NCBI GenBank assembly: GCA_965199495.1
Contig: CBDASK010000003.1
Coordinates: 1,948,443-2,012,442, forward strand
Reading direction: 5' to 3'
DNA from: Abditibacterium sp.
Lineage (GTDB): Bacteria > Armatimonadota > Abditibacteriia > Abditibacteriales > Abditibacteriaceae
DNA length: 64,000 bases
Shown here: positions 47,482 through 56,659 of the stretch, one piece after another
Layout of the letters: the number at the start of each line of letters is the position of its first letter
How positions within the stretch are numbered: the first letter of the stretch is position 1
The notes under the pieces: generated by a model
Databases searched by the model: none
The model's input: the letters and a program-made list of their open reading frames with translations, nothing else
What the model was told of the DNA's origin: nothing
Position numbers and translations under genes: made by a program

Positions 47482-49368
47482 TTACGTTATTTGAGTAGAT
47501 TTAGATGTGCGGTAGGCTTGTTCGGGATGATTGGGCTGTAATGGGAAGCGACGTTCCAACAATCCTTCTTTAACCAAGGAACTCAAGTAAGTCTGCTGTA
47601 AATTTTCCGCACTACGCCCCAGTAATTCGCCCACTTCTTTAGAAGTAAAAAAGTGATCTCTGCAAATTTGTAAAATCACGTTACGCACGACCGATTGTGG
47701 TGGCTTTTTGGGAGACGATACCGGCGCTGCAATATCTTCTAAGCGTTTGCGCTCTTCAGAAGAGAGAACAAATCCAAGGGAGCTATCAACCGATCCAAGG
47801 GAGTTAGGCTTCCTTGGATCGGTTGATAACTCCCTTGGATTCAAATCGAGCACAGGTTCTGAATTGGCTTCATCTCCATCGACTTTGTAAGTTGTCCATC
47901 TGCCACTGCCGCTGGACTGTAAAATTTTTCGACTTACTAAACCTTTAAAAAGAATGGAACAATCGGCAGAGTGAAGCCCCGTAACGCTGCGCAAACGTGC
48001 ATTACTAATCTTTCCCTCGATATGAGCTGTAACAACCGCAATACGCTCTCTCTCATCCAAGGAGTCAAATGTTTTGCCCAGATGGTCGCGCAGATGTTGA
48101 ATGGCGCGTTCGGGTAACAAGCTGGCCATTGGCAAAGATAGGTGCGTTTGCTCAGGATCATGTTCATCCCAAAGTAGTGGAAATCGCCAGTGTTGTTCCT
48201 GCCATGCCCGTAGAATTTTGGGAATTCCAGAGCCAGCTTTTTCTGCGGCACCTATCATTTGAAACATACGTTGGAGCCAGGGATTGCGACAATCACTTTG
48301 CCCGCCAGCTAAAACTGTATGAAGTGGCAAACGCAGATTTCCCGGATTTTGAAAGGAAAACTCTCCGGGTTTCTTAATAACTAAAACGCTGGTGCGCCCC
48401 GAAAAGTCGGCGTGAATCAAAGTGTTTACCAAAGCTTCGCGCAAGGCTTCATGAATTGGGCTTTCATCGATTCGCTGCCCCGAACCTTCGATTCGGTAAG
48501 GCACTTTCAATTCCGCTGTCAGTCGGGCCAGCACACGACGGAAGAAAATAAATAGGTTACCTGACCAAGAGCCATCACTATGAAATCTATCCAGCCATTT
48601 TACACTGCCGCCCGCGACCTCATCCGATGGAAGCTCTCGATAATCCAATTGTAATGCTGGAAACTCTTCCCATATTGGGCTTTGCTGACCAAACATGAGC
48701 AACCCTGCCACTGTTAGCCCCTCTTCCCCAGTCTGCCGGTCGCATCGCCACCCACCTAATGATCGCAATAACTCTAAATCGTCTTTGGCTAAAAAAGGGT
48801 GAGTCGCATTGGTGGTTCGAAATAAAGCGCGAAATGAGAGCAAGCTGTCCTGATCCAGATCCGATAATTCGTAATTCGGAAGAATTCTTTCATCCCGTGA
48901 CCGCTCTGTTGCTTCTGCAATCATACGTTGCACAGAGTTTCTGTTGCACTTGTAATCGCCTTCAAAATTTCTCTTATACGTTCCCGAGAAAGGATTTAAT
49001 CCAACAAAAATAGGACGTTCCTCGCGCTTGGCACGAGGAACACGAATAGAAACGACGCTCAATCCATTTAAGACCTCAACTTGAACATCTTGATCCCTTA
49101 GAATGTTTGAGCTAACGACTTGGGCATTGTTGACGCTGTCCCAAAAGAATTTTTGCACATGAGCGGGACTTTTAATACCTTCAATGAAAAATTCATCTCC
49201 TTCCTGCTTAACGCCCATATAGATGACGCCCCCTTCGGTGTTAGCCATCGCAGAGTAGGTTTCCCACAGCGACCGAGGCACGACGCCCTTTCCATCCGCT
49301 CCTTGCGCGGACTTAAACTCTAAATCAACATCTTCATCCCGTTCTAATAACTGTTCTAAATTGGTCAT
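47482..49368 (-). CDS. AlbA_2 (Schlafen-like divergent AAA) + HATPase_c_4 + C-terminal wHTH protein, putative regulator or defence-associated, in low-GC island
   Basis: 628 aa. N-terminal DVDLEFKSAQGA...VIYMGV (AlbA_2), central IHEALREALVNTLIHADF (HATPase_c_4), C-terminal HTH-like region. GC is well below flanking DNA. Confidence 0.65.
   Translation of the reverse strand: MTNLEQLLERDEDVDLEFKSAQGADGKGVVPRSLWETYSAMANTEGGVIYMGVKQEGDEFFIEGIKSPAHVQKFFWDSVNNAQVVSSNILRDQDVQVEVLNGLSVVSIRVPRAKREERPIFVGLNPFSGTYKRNFEGDYKCNRNSVQRMIAEATERSRDERILPNYELSDLDQDSLLSFRALFRTTNATHPFLAKDDLELLRSLGGWRCDRQTGEEGLTVAGLLMFGQQSPIWEEFPALQLDYRELPSDEVAGGSVKWLDRFHSDGSWSGNLFIFFRRVLARLTAELKVPYRIEGSGQRIDESPIHEALREALVNTLIHADFSGRTSVLVIKKPGEFSFQNPGNLRLPLHTVLAGGQSDCRNPWLQRMFQMIGAAEKAGSGIPKILRAWQEQHWRFPLLWDEHDPEQTHLSLPMASLLPERAIQHLRDHLGKTFDSLDERERIAVVTAHIEGKISNARLRSVTGLHSADCSILFKGLVSRKILQSSGSGRWTTYKVDGDEANSEPVLDLNPRELSTDPRKPNSLGSVDSSLGFVLSSEERKRLEDIAAPVSSPKKPPQSVVRNVILQICRDHFFTSKEVGELLGRSAENLQQTYLSSLVKEGLLERRFPLQPNHPEQAYRTSKSTQIT
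47773..47839. repeat. 28-bp inverted repeat (1 mismatch) embedded inside the CDS
   Basis: tccaagggagctatcaaccgatccaagg - gagttaggctt - ccttggatcggttgataactcccttgga. Confidence 0.7.
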
Positions 49369-49392
49369 CTTTAATTCAAGTTTAACCTCAAA

Positions 49393-49437
49393 TTAAAAGA
49401 GGTGACACAAAAGCAATTTGTGCCACCTCTTTTAATT
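49393..49437. terminator. terminator-like hairpin downstream of rhaD-like gene
   Basis: aaaagaggtgacacaaaagcaatttgtgccacctctttt. Confidence 0.6.
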
Positions 49438-49459
49438 AATTTATTCTCAAGGGCTACTC

Positions 49460-51643
49460 CTATCGCAAAAATCCCTCGAACAATCCGCCGTCTACGCCGA
49501 TGATTTGGCCCGTCGTTTTGCTCAATCTGTCCGTGAGGAACAAGAAAAACGCTTCCGCTTGATCCTTCGGCTCAATCGGCGATTGTGTCAGCGTGCGCTT
49601 CGCATAAAAATGCGCCAGTTTGTCGCGCAAATCATCGTCGCTTTCGGTTTCCGAATACGGAATGTCGTATTTCGCCAGACTCGAAATCACGCGGTCGCGC
49701 GGGAACATCGCCGAACCCTTCACCACGGTCGCCGGAGCCACGGCGTTGACGCGACAGAGCGGCGCCAATTCGACGGCCAGTTCGCGCACCAGATGGTTGG
49801 CGGCGGCTTTTGAAGTATCGTAGGCCAGCGAACCTTTTTTGGCGACGACGGCGTTGGCGCTCGTTGTCAAAACGAAATTGGCTTTCAAGCCCTGTGGCTT
49901 CAACACGCGATGATAGGTTTCATCGGCGACGAAATACGAGCCGCTCACGTTGATGGCGAAAGTCAACGCCCAACGGTCGTCGGGAATATGGCCGGTTGTA
50001 TCAGGCGGCACGAAGATGCCCGCCGTAATCGCGATGCCGTCCAAACCGCCGTAAGCCAACGTCGCTTCATCCAGCATTTTGCGAATTGATTCGCGGTCGG
50101 TGATGTTGGCGGAAAGTCCAATCGCCGGGCCGCAACCCGAAATTCCTGAACCCGCGACGCCGATGCCTTGCCCCAATTGCGCGCTCAGTTCGGCGGCGGT
50201 TTGTTGCGCGGCTTGCGCGTTCAAATCCACGCACACGATATGCGCGCCTTCGGGCGCGATGCGATGCGCGACTTCGCGCCCGATGCCGCTCCCCGCGCCA
50301 ATCACCGCGATGACTTGGCGCGCCAATTCGCGCTCTTTGGGCATTCGCTGCAATTTGGCTTCTTCGAGCAACCAATATTCGATGTCGAACGCTTCCTGCT
50401 GCGGCAAAGCAACGTAATTGCCGATAGCTTCGGCGCCGCGCATCACTTCGATGGCGCAACCGTAAAACTCGGCGGTCACGCGGCTCTCCGATTTGTCTTT
50501 GCCCCACGCGATTAAGCCCAATCCGGGAATCAAAATCACCGTTGGATTGGCGTCGCGTATCGCTGGCGAATCATCGTGCTTGCACGCTTCGTAATAAGCC
50601 GCGTAATCGGCGCGATATTTCTCGATGCCTTCGCTGAGCTTGGCCTTGAGAGCAGCCACGTCGCCAGTCTGCGGGTTCCAGTCAATGTAAAGCGGCTTGA
50701 TTTTGGTGCGCAGAAAATGATCGGGACAACTGGTTCCCAATTCGGCCAATCGCGGCGCGTCAACCGAATTAACGAAGCGCAATGTTTTCTCGTCATCTTG
50801 GATTGTGCCAATAAAACGCTTAAATTGCGAAACTTGACCGCGCAACCACGGCAGAATTTCGACCAATGCCGCCCGCCGTGGCTGCTCTTCGAGCGACTGG
50901 AATTTCGCGCCGCCAAACGTTTGCTCGCCCTTGTCTTTCGATTCGATGTAGTTCGCGGCGCGCTCGATGAGTTCGAGCGATAATTCGTAGCAAGCCTTGT
51001 CGTCGTCGTGCCAGTTGATGAGGCCGTGGCCGCCCAGAATCACGCCTTTGGCGTCGGGATGTTCGCGCACGACTTTTTGCAGTTCCAAACCCAACTCAAA
51101 GCCGGGACGTTGCCAGTTCGTCCAAATCACGTCGTCGCCATAAATCTCGCGCGTCAATTGCTCGCCGTTATCGGCGGCGGCGACGGCTATGACGGCGTTG
51201 GGATGCGTGTGGTCAACGTGTTTGGCGGGCACGAACGAATGAAGCGGCGTATCAATCGAACTGGCGCGCGGATTGAGATTGAACGTGGCTTGCGCGTATA
51301 AGCCGACCATCTTATCTTCGGCGGCGGTTTTGACGCCGCGCTCTGGCTCGTGATTATAGAGGTTTTGCAGCGCTAATAATTTGTCTTGATAAAGACTGGA
51401 AAAGTTCTCGCGTTTAGCGGTGCGCAGATCGCCGCCGCTGCCTTTGACCCACAAAACTTCGACAATTTCGCCAGTAATCGGATCGGTTTCGGGCAATTTG
51501 GCGCTGGTGTTGCCGCCGCCGGTATTGGTGATGCGCCCATCAGCGCCCAGCAAGTTGGAACGATAAATTAGGCGGCCAACCGGGTCGAGTTTGGCGGCTT
51601 CGTCGTCGTTCCAGAGATCGTTTACGTGTTTGAATTCGGGCAT
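49460..51643 (-). CDS. bifunctional rhamnulose-1-phosphate aldolase / short-chain alcohol dehydrogenase
   Basis: N-terminal class II aldolase/adducin region (MPEFKHVNDLW...GGGNTSAK) and C-terminal SDR (VIAVIGAGSGIGREVA). I start at ATG 51643; the longer ORF reads into a palindrome. Confidence 0.85.
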   Translation of the reverse strand: MPEFKHVNDLWNDDEAAKLDPVGRLIYRSNLLGADGRITNTGGGNTSAKLPETDPITGEIVEVLWVKGSGGDLRTAKRENFSSLYQDKLLALQNLYNHEPERGVKTAAEDKMVGLYAQATFNLNPRASSIDTPLHSFVPAKHVDHTHPNAVIAVAAADNGEQLTREIYGDDVIWTNWQRPGFELGLELQKVVREHPDAKGVILGGHGLINWHDDDKACYELSLELIERAANYIESKDKGEQTFGGAKFQSLEEQPRRAALVEILPWLRGQVSQFKRFIGTIQDDEKTLRFVNSVDAPRLAELGTSCPDHFLRTKIKPLYIDWNPQTGDVAALKAKLSEGIEKYRADYAAYYEACKHDDSPAIRDANPTVILIPGLGLIAWGKDKSESRVTAEFYGCAIEVMRGAEAIGNYVALPQQEAFDIEYWLLEEAKLQRMPKERELARQVIAVIGAGSGIGREVAHRIAPEGAHIVCVDLNAQAAQQTAAELSAQLGQGIGVAGSGISGCGPAIGLSANITDRESIRKMLDEATLAYGGLDGIAITAGIFVPPDTTGHIPDDRWALTFAINVSGSYFVADETYHRVLKPQGLKANFVLTTSANAVVAKKGSLAYDTSKAAANHLVRELAVELAPLCRVNAVAPATVVKGSAMFPRDRVISSLAKYDIPYSETESDDDLRDKLAHFYAKRTLTQSPIEPKDQAEAFFLFLTDRLSKTTGQIIGVDGGLFEGFLR

Positions 51644-51684
51644 TGTGTTTAGGAAAATGCCGACTTTCGGCACTGGTATTACTC

Positions 51685-51868
51685 TGCGGTAGGTATAACT
51701 CACACCCCCTCTGGGCTTCGCCCATCTCCCCCTCCGAAAGGGGGAGAGGCGCACGAACCCTCGACATCGCCAGAACAATCGCGAGTAATGAACGGCAGAA
51801 GAGCCTCTCCCCCTTTCGGAGGGGGAGATGGGCGAAGCCCAGAGGGGGTGTGAGTTATACCTACCGCA
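51685..51868. repeat. 66-bp perfect inverted repeat with about 52-nt spacer, each arm containing a local hairpin
   Basis: tgcggtaggtataactcacaccccctctgggcttcgcccatctccccctccgaaagggggagaggc ... gcctctccccctttcggagggggagatgggcgaagcccagagggggtgtgagttatacctaccgca. Lies between the rhaI-like 3' end and the rhaD-like 5' end. Confidence 0.8.
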
Positions 51869-51872
51869 AATT

Positions 51873-53057
51873 TCAAGCGTAACTCGAACCGCCGCCGCCT
51901 TGCGGCCTACGGGCCGTCCGTTCGCTCGCTTTCTCGTCGGTGTAATTGCTTTCGCGATGCGCCTTGAGTGGATCGGCGGGCAGACCTTTACTTTCGCGCC
52001 ACGCCTGCAAAATCGGCGTCACATCCGCGAAAAACGCGCTCTTCAAACACTCTTCGGCGCCCACGATGTCGCATTCCTTCTGAAATTTGTGCAGCGCCTC
52101 GCGGTCAACCATGCAGGCTTTCAGATACAATTCCTGCGCGGTCATCACGGTCTGAATCATCGCCTCGATTTTCGGTTTGAGATTGTGACTCTGGTCAATC
52201 ATGTAAGCGATTTTATCCACGTCCACACCGCGCTGCGCGGCGTTGCGAATCTCGTGAAATATCCGAAAAACCGCATACGGATCAATCGAGCCAATCGTCA
52301 AATCGTCGTCGGCATATTTGCTGTCGTTGAAGTGAAAACCGCCGAGCATATCTTCGTCGAGCAGCCACGCCACGATTTGCTCGACGTTAGTCGCGGGCAA
52401 ATGATGGCCGGTATCCACCAAAACTTTGGCGCGCGGCCCGGCTTTTTTGCACAGCAAGGTCGCCATGCCCCAATCGGCGCTATCGGTCGCGTAAAACGCG
52501 GGTTCAAACGGCTTGTATTCCACCAACATCGTCATTGATTCGGGCATCGCGTCGTGCCATTCCATCAACGCCGATTCCATGCGATGTTTGCGCGCGATTA
52601 AATCGTCTTGGCCCGGATAATTGATGCCGTCGGCGAACCAGAACGACAGCAAATCGGAGCCAGTTGCTTGGCCAATCTTAATGCTATCGAGAACGTGCTG
52701 ATTCGCCATGCGGCGCGCGTCGGCGTTGGGCGAAGCCGCCGAACCATATTTATATTGGGCGTCTTGAAACAAATTGGGATTGATCGAGCCGATTTTGATG
52801 CCGTGTTTTGCGGCCAACTGCGCGACTTCGCGCGGGTTGGAGCCTTCCTGAAAGTCCCACAAAACGTGGACGGCCATCGTCGGACAGGCGCCGGTTAAAT
52901 CGTTGACGCGCGCGGCATCTTCGATCTTTTCTTCGATGGTCGCGGCGGCGGCTGCTTGCGGGAACTTGCCAAAGCGCGTTCCGGTATCGGCAAAACCCCA
53001 CGACGGCACTTCGATTTGGAAGGCGTCCAGCAGGGAAAACCAGTCGGTTGGATTCAT
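51873..53057 (-). CDS. L-rhamnose isomerase (xylose isomerase-like TIM barrel type)
   Basis: MNPTDWFSLLDAFQIEVPSWGFADTGTRFGKF N-terminus and TIM-barrel sugar isomerase layout. Context with rhamnulose-1-P aldolase. Confidence 0.7.
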   Translation of the reverse strand: MNPTDWFSLLDAFQIEVPSWGFADTGTRFGKFPQAAAAATIEEKIEDAARVNDLTGACPTMAVHVLWDFQEGSNPREVAQLAAKHGIKIGSINPNLFQDAQYKYGSAASPNADARRMANQHVLDSIKIGQATGSDLLSFWFADGINYPGQDDLIARKHRMESALMEWHDAMPESMTMLVEYKPFEPAFYATDSADWGMATLLCKKAGPRAKVLVDTGHHLPATNVEQIVAWLLDEDMLGGFHFNDSKYADDDLTIGSIDPYAVFRIFHEIRNAAQRGVDVDKIAYMIDQSHNLKPKIEAMIQTVMTAQELYLKACMVDREALHKFQKECDIVGAEECLKSAFFADVTPILQAWRESKGLPADPLKAHRESNYTDEKASERTARRPQGGGGSSYA

Positions 53058-53186
53058 GGGTGAAAGGTTTACTTTACCGCATATAGCGTTATGGGTAAAG
53101 TCGAATTGGTAGCGTTTGCATTGTCTCAAAGCAAATGGAGCAGAATTTTATGGCTATAAAATTCTGCTCCAAAAGTCGGAATCGGA

Positions 53187-55136
53187 TTATTGATCGGTGC
53201 GAAACGGCGAGGCAGGCAAACCGGCGCTGTTATATAAATTGGCGCGCGGGTTGTTCGACCAAGCGAAACGCGCGGTCTTGGGAGCAGCCACGTCGGGCGA
53301 CTTCAGGTAAATCGTGTCACCTTGAACTCTCGGCGTGGCCCAGAAATATTTGCCATCGGCGCCCGCGACGGCGAATACGCGATTCGCGTCGCCTTTGATG
53401 TTCAAGCCGTCGGCGTTGCCGAAAGTCAAGGCCAAATCGCCTCCTCCCCGGACTAAAACGCTTTCCAAAGTCGGGCCATCGGCCTGAACGTTTTGGCCGT
53501 AGGTATTTTTGAGCGCCTGCAACGCCAGTCGCAAGCCGACATCCTGTTTGTTGGTGGGATGAATATCATTTGCGTTGCCGATGTCGGAAATGACGGCGAG
53601 GCCGGTATCGGGCACATTCTTGGCGGTCATGGATTGGGCTTCGCGCAAGTAGGCCCAGGCGTCGTCGCCGGGTTGGTCGTTGGGCGCCATGTAATTGGCG
53701 AGTTGCACAATATAAAACGGCATCGGCGCGCCCGTGGCTGCTCCGAAGCGCGCGCGCCAATCGGTGATTAACGTTGGCAACAGCGTGCGATATTGCGTCG
53801 CCCTTCTCTTGTTATCGGCGTTGGTCTCGCCCTGATACCAGATCACGCCCTTGATTTGGCCCGGAAAAAGCGGCGCAATCATGCCGTTATAAAGCGCGGT
53901 CGGCGTGTTTTGATCGGTTTCGCGCGGCAACGGCGGCGCTTCTTGGAGCGACGCGCCCAGATGATATTTCCAATCGCCATCGAGCGACACCGTTTGCGCG
54001 CCGTCCGCCAACGCCGCAGTCATCGTCGAGCGCAAGCCACCGCCGCCGCCGGTATCCAAAACGCGAATCGCGATGGTATTAACGCCCGCTTTGACCTGCG
54101 CGCCCGGAATCGTGTAATTGCGCGCGTTGCCATAGCCACGCGTTTCGCCGACGAGAGTGCCGTTCCAATAGGTCGCATCGTCGTCGTCAATTTGACCCAG
54201 ATTCAGTTTCACATCGTGCCCGGCCCAACCGGCGGGCACGTTCACTTCGCGGCGAAACCACATCACGCCATCGAAATCGGAATAGCCTTTGTCTTCCCAT
54301 GCGGCGGGGAGCGCCATCGTTTTCCAATTGGCGTCGTTCCAGGCGGGATTTTTCCAACCGCTTTTGGTGCCTTCGTCGCTTTTCCACCAATCGGCGCGCG
54401 CTTGTTCCAGTTGCGCCGGGTTATTGGCATTGGCTTGCATCAGCGAAATCGCGCCATCGAAATCGCCCATCTTTTTGAGGGCGGACGCGCTGACCCACGT
54501 TTCTGCGGGCGTCCCGCCCCAATTCGATTCGATGAGACCGATGGGAATTTTCAATTCCTGATTGAGCTTGCGCCCGAAAAAGTAGCCGACCGCCGAGAAA
54601 CTGCTGGTGGCTTGCGGCGTGCAAAACTGCCAGTTGGCGTTGAACGTATCAACGGGCGCGCTTTGAATGTTGTTGGGCACATGCAGCAATCGAATGCCCG
54701 GATAATTGGCGGCGGCAGTTTCGGCGGCGGCGTTGTTGACGCCGCTCAAAGCAAATTCCATGTTCGATTGACCCGAACAAAGCCAGACATCGCCAAACAT
54801 CAAATTGCTGCGCGTTTGCGTCTGCCCGCCACTGCTGACTTCCAAAGAATATGGCCCGCCCGCCGGACGTGGCCGTATCGGAACCGACCAACGCCCGTCG
54901 TTATCGGCGCGCAAAACGCGCGTGCCGCCGCCAAACTTCACCGTGACATCGGCGTTAGGTTGCGCCCAACCCCACATCGTGAGCGGGCGGTCGCGCTGCA
55001 AAACCGCGTTTTCGGAAAATAGCGGGTGCAGCAAAGGTTTATTGACTTTGGTCATTTCTTGAGATCGGGCGGGCGCGGGCGCGATTGTCGTTAATAGCGC
55101 GGCGCCCAGAGCGCAGGTGAGTAATGTTTTAATCAT
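53187..55136 (-). CDS. sialate O-acetylesterase-like carbohydrate esterase (SGNH)
   Basis: Signal peptide. GDVWLCSGQSNME catalytic-Ser block typical of sialic acid-specific 9-O-acetylesterase family. Confidence 0.7.
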   Translation of the reverse strand: MIKTLLTCALGAALLTTIAPAPARSQEMTKVNKPLLHPLFSENAVLQRDRPLTMWGWAQPNADVTVKFGGGTRVLRADNDGRWSVPIRPRPAGGPYSLEVSSGGQTQTRSNLMFGDVWLCSGQSNMEFALSGVNNAAAETAAANYPGIRLLHVPNNIQSAPVDTFNANWQFCTPQATSSFSAVGYFFGRKLNQELKIPIGLIESNWGGTPAETWVSASALKKMGDFDGAISLMQANANNPAQLEQARADWWKSDEGTKSGWKNPAWNDANWKTMALPAAWEDKGYSDFDGVMWFRREVNVPAGWAGHDVKLNLGQIDDDDATYWNGTLVGETRGYGNARNYTIPGAQVKAGVNTIAIRVLDTGGGGGLRSTMTAALADGAQTVSLDGDWKYHLGASLQEAPPLPRETDQNTPTALYNGMIAPLFPGQIKGVIWYQGETNADNKRRATQYRTLLPTLITDWRARFGAATGAPMPFYIVQLANYMAPNDQPGDDAWAYLREAQSMTAKNVPDTGLAVISDIGNANDIHPTNKQDVGLRLALQALKNTYGQNVQADGPTLESVLVRGGGDLALTFGNADGLNIKGDANRVFAVAGADGKYFWATPRVQGDTIYLKSPDVAAPKTARFAWSNNPRANLYNSAGLPASPFRTDQ

Positions 55137-55162
55137 GGGATTTGAAGGTTGGTATTTCTCCC

Positions 55163-55256
55163 GTAGAGACCCCGAAATTTCGGGCCTAAAACGTTGAAGT
55201 TGCTTCCACGCTGCGGCAGTTGATACGTTTTAGGGCCGACATTTCGGGGTCTCTAT
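55163..55256. repeat. GTAGAGAC...CTAAAACG family inverted-repeat element, copy 3
   Basis: gtagagaccccgaaatttcgggcctaaaacgtt - 30 nt - acgttttagggccgacatttcggggtctctat. Confidence 0.7.
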
Positions 55257-55272
55257 AAAAGCAATCGCAAAC

Positions 55273-55674
55273 TTATCTGCGTCCGCGCAATTTCTTAATC
55301 GCGCCAATTCCAACCGCCAACGTCCCGACTGCGGCCAAAGCGATGGCGCCCCATTTGGGAGTGTCGTCGGGATGGTCGCGCAGGTTATCGGCAACGCGTT
55401 CGCTGAAACCGCGCACGCCAGCGGCGGCCTGATTGAGCTTGGTTTGCGCGGCGTAACCCAACGGCTCGATTTTTTCACGGATTTTATCGCTGGCTTCGGC
55501 GCGCGCCTTGGTCACCACGCGGCGCGGGTCAATTTTGTCTTGAATCGCGTCAATTGTGGCGCTCATCGCGTCGCGCGTGGCTTCGATGTCGTCTTTGAGT
55601 TGGTCGGTGCTTTCTTTGGACAAATCCCGGTTGGGATCGGTGAGTTCGTTTATTTCACTTGGTTTTTCAGCCAT
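55273..55674 (-). CDS. YqjD/ElaB-like (DUF883) membrane-anchored protein
   Basis: 133 aa. Charged helical N-terminus, C-terminal TM anchor (WGAIALAAVGTLAVGIGAI). Confidence 0.5.
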   Translation of the reverse strand: MAEKPSEINELTDPNRDLSKESTDQLKDDIEATRDAMSATIDAIQDKIDPRRVVTKARAEASDKIREKIEPLGYAAQTKLNQAAAGVRGFSERVADNLRDHPDDTPKWGAIALAAVGTLAVGIGAIKKLRGRR

Positions 55675-56069
55675 TGTGCGTCCTCCTTGAGGGTCTCGAT
55701 GGTTTTCACGGGGACGGGCGGTGTCGCCGATTTGATTTTTTTAATGCCGACGAGGGCGGCCACTCCGGCGATAATGAGCAGCACAACCGCCACGATGAGC
55801 GCCGCCGCCCAGACGGGCAACACCAGCGAAAGAGCCGCCACCGCCGCCGCCAAGATGACGAAAAAAGCGGCCAATCCCATCACAGCCGCCACGACGAGCG
55901 CGGCGGCTCCGACAGCCAAACCGGCGATTTTGCCGGTGATTTCGGTTTTGGCGAGCTGGACTTCCTGCCGCACGAGCGCGCTCACTTGCGCGGACAAATC
56001 GGCAAATAAGTCGCCCAACGATTTTTGTGGCGTTGGTAATTGCGCCGGGTCTTTAGGTTCGATTCGCAT
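55650..56069 (-). CDS. YqjE-like holin superfamily III (Phage_holin_3_6/DUF1469) membrane protein
   Basis: 139 aa. Amphipathic N-terminus (VRQEVQLAKTEI), two long TM helices. Overlaps the downstream yqjD-like gene as in the yqjDE arrangement. Confidence 0.5.
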   Translation of the reverse strand: MRIEPKDPAQLPTPQKSLGDLFADLSAQVSALVRQEVQLAKTEITGKIAGLAVGAAALVVAAVMGLAAFFVILAAAVAALSLVLPVWAAALIVAVVLLIIAGVAALVGIKKIKSATPPVPVKTIETLKEDAQWLKNQVK

Positions 56070-56228
56070 GAATGATTTCCTTTAATTTTTCGTTCGTCGG
56101 GATTATCGAACTCCAATCGCGTGCCAGAACAAAGCCAACGAGCGCGCGTAAATCTCTCGCGCTAATTTTAGCATCTTTCGCGCGTTAAGCAGAACCGGAT
56201 AGTGGGTTTGAATGCGTAAACTGAGCGA

Positions 56229-56558
56229 TTGATGAATTCTCACGCAGAAATCAAAACGCTCTGGGAAGAATTTCAGGCATTACCGTTTCCCAGAGGTTCT
56301 AAAACAGAAGATTTAACCGTAGATTTGGCGGGCAATGAGGCTTATTCTGGCGGTTGCATCGGCGTGTTTGTCGAAACCGGAAATCTTGACGAGGGGCGTG
56401 CGTGGATTTTGAACAATTGCGTTAATGGCTTACGCGAATTAAAAGCACGGTGCACTCCAGAAGATGATCTTCAAAAAGAATACATCCACAAATTGCTTGC
56501 GCTTTCAGAAAAAGTATTGGATGCCATAGATGAAAACGGCAATTGGCTATTACTCTGA
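56229..56558 (+). CDS. hypothetical small protein in low-GC segment
   Basis: 109 aa. GC about 45%. No recognisable motif. Confidence 0.4.
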   Translation: MMNSHAEIKTLWEEFQALPFPRGSKTEDLTVDLAGNEAYSGGCIGVFVETGNLDEGRAWILNNCVNGLRELKARCTPEDDLQKEYIHKLLALSEKVLDAIDENGNWLLL

Positions 56559-56659
56559 TTAAACCGACATTCACGTTCAAATAATCCGCACGGTTTGGAC
56601 GAAACGTTCGCGCGGCGCCAATAGCCACGGCGAGGGCGCGTTATGGTAAAAATTAATTT

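Noticed and set aside
51540-51882. ORFs encoding RGRWAKPRGGVSYTYR on both strands around 51700-51860.
   Set aside because: They arise only because the 66-bp perfect palindrome reads identically on both strands. Not coding.
16617-55256. Possibility that the GTAGAGAC/CTAAAACG repeats are a CRISPR array or type IIS restriction sites (CGTCTC present).
   Set aside because: The repeats are inverted pairs at three separate loci, not direct repeats with regular spacers. No cas genes are nearby. The BsmBI-like site appears in only one copy, so it is coincidental.
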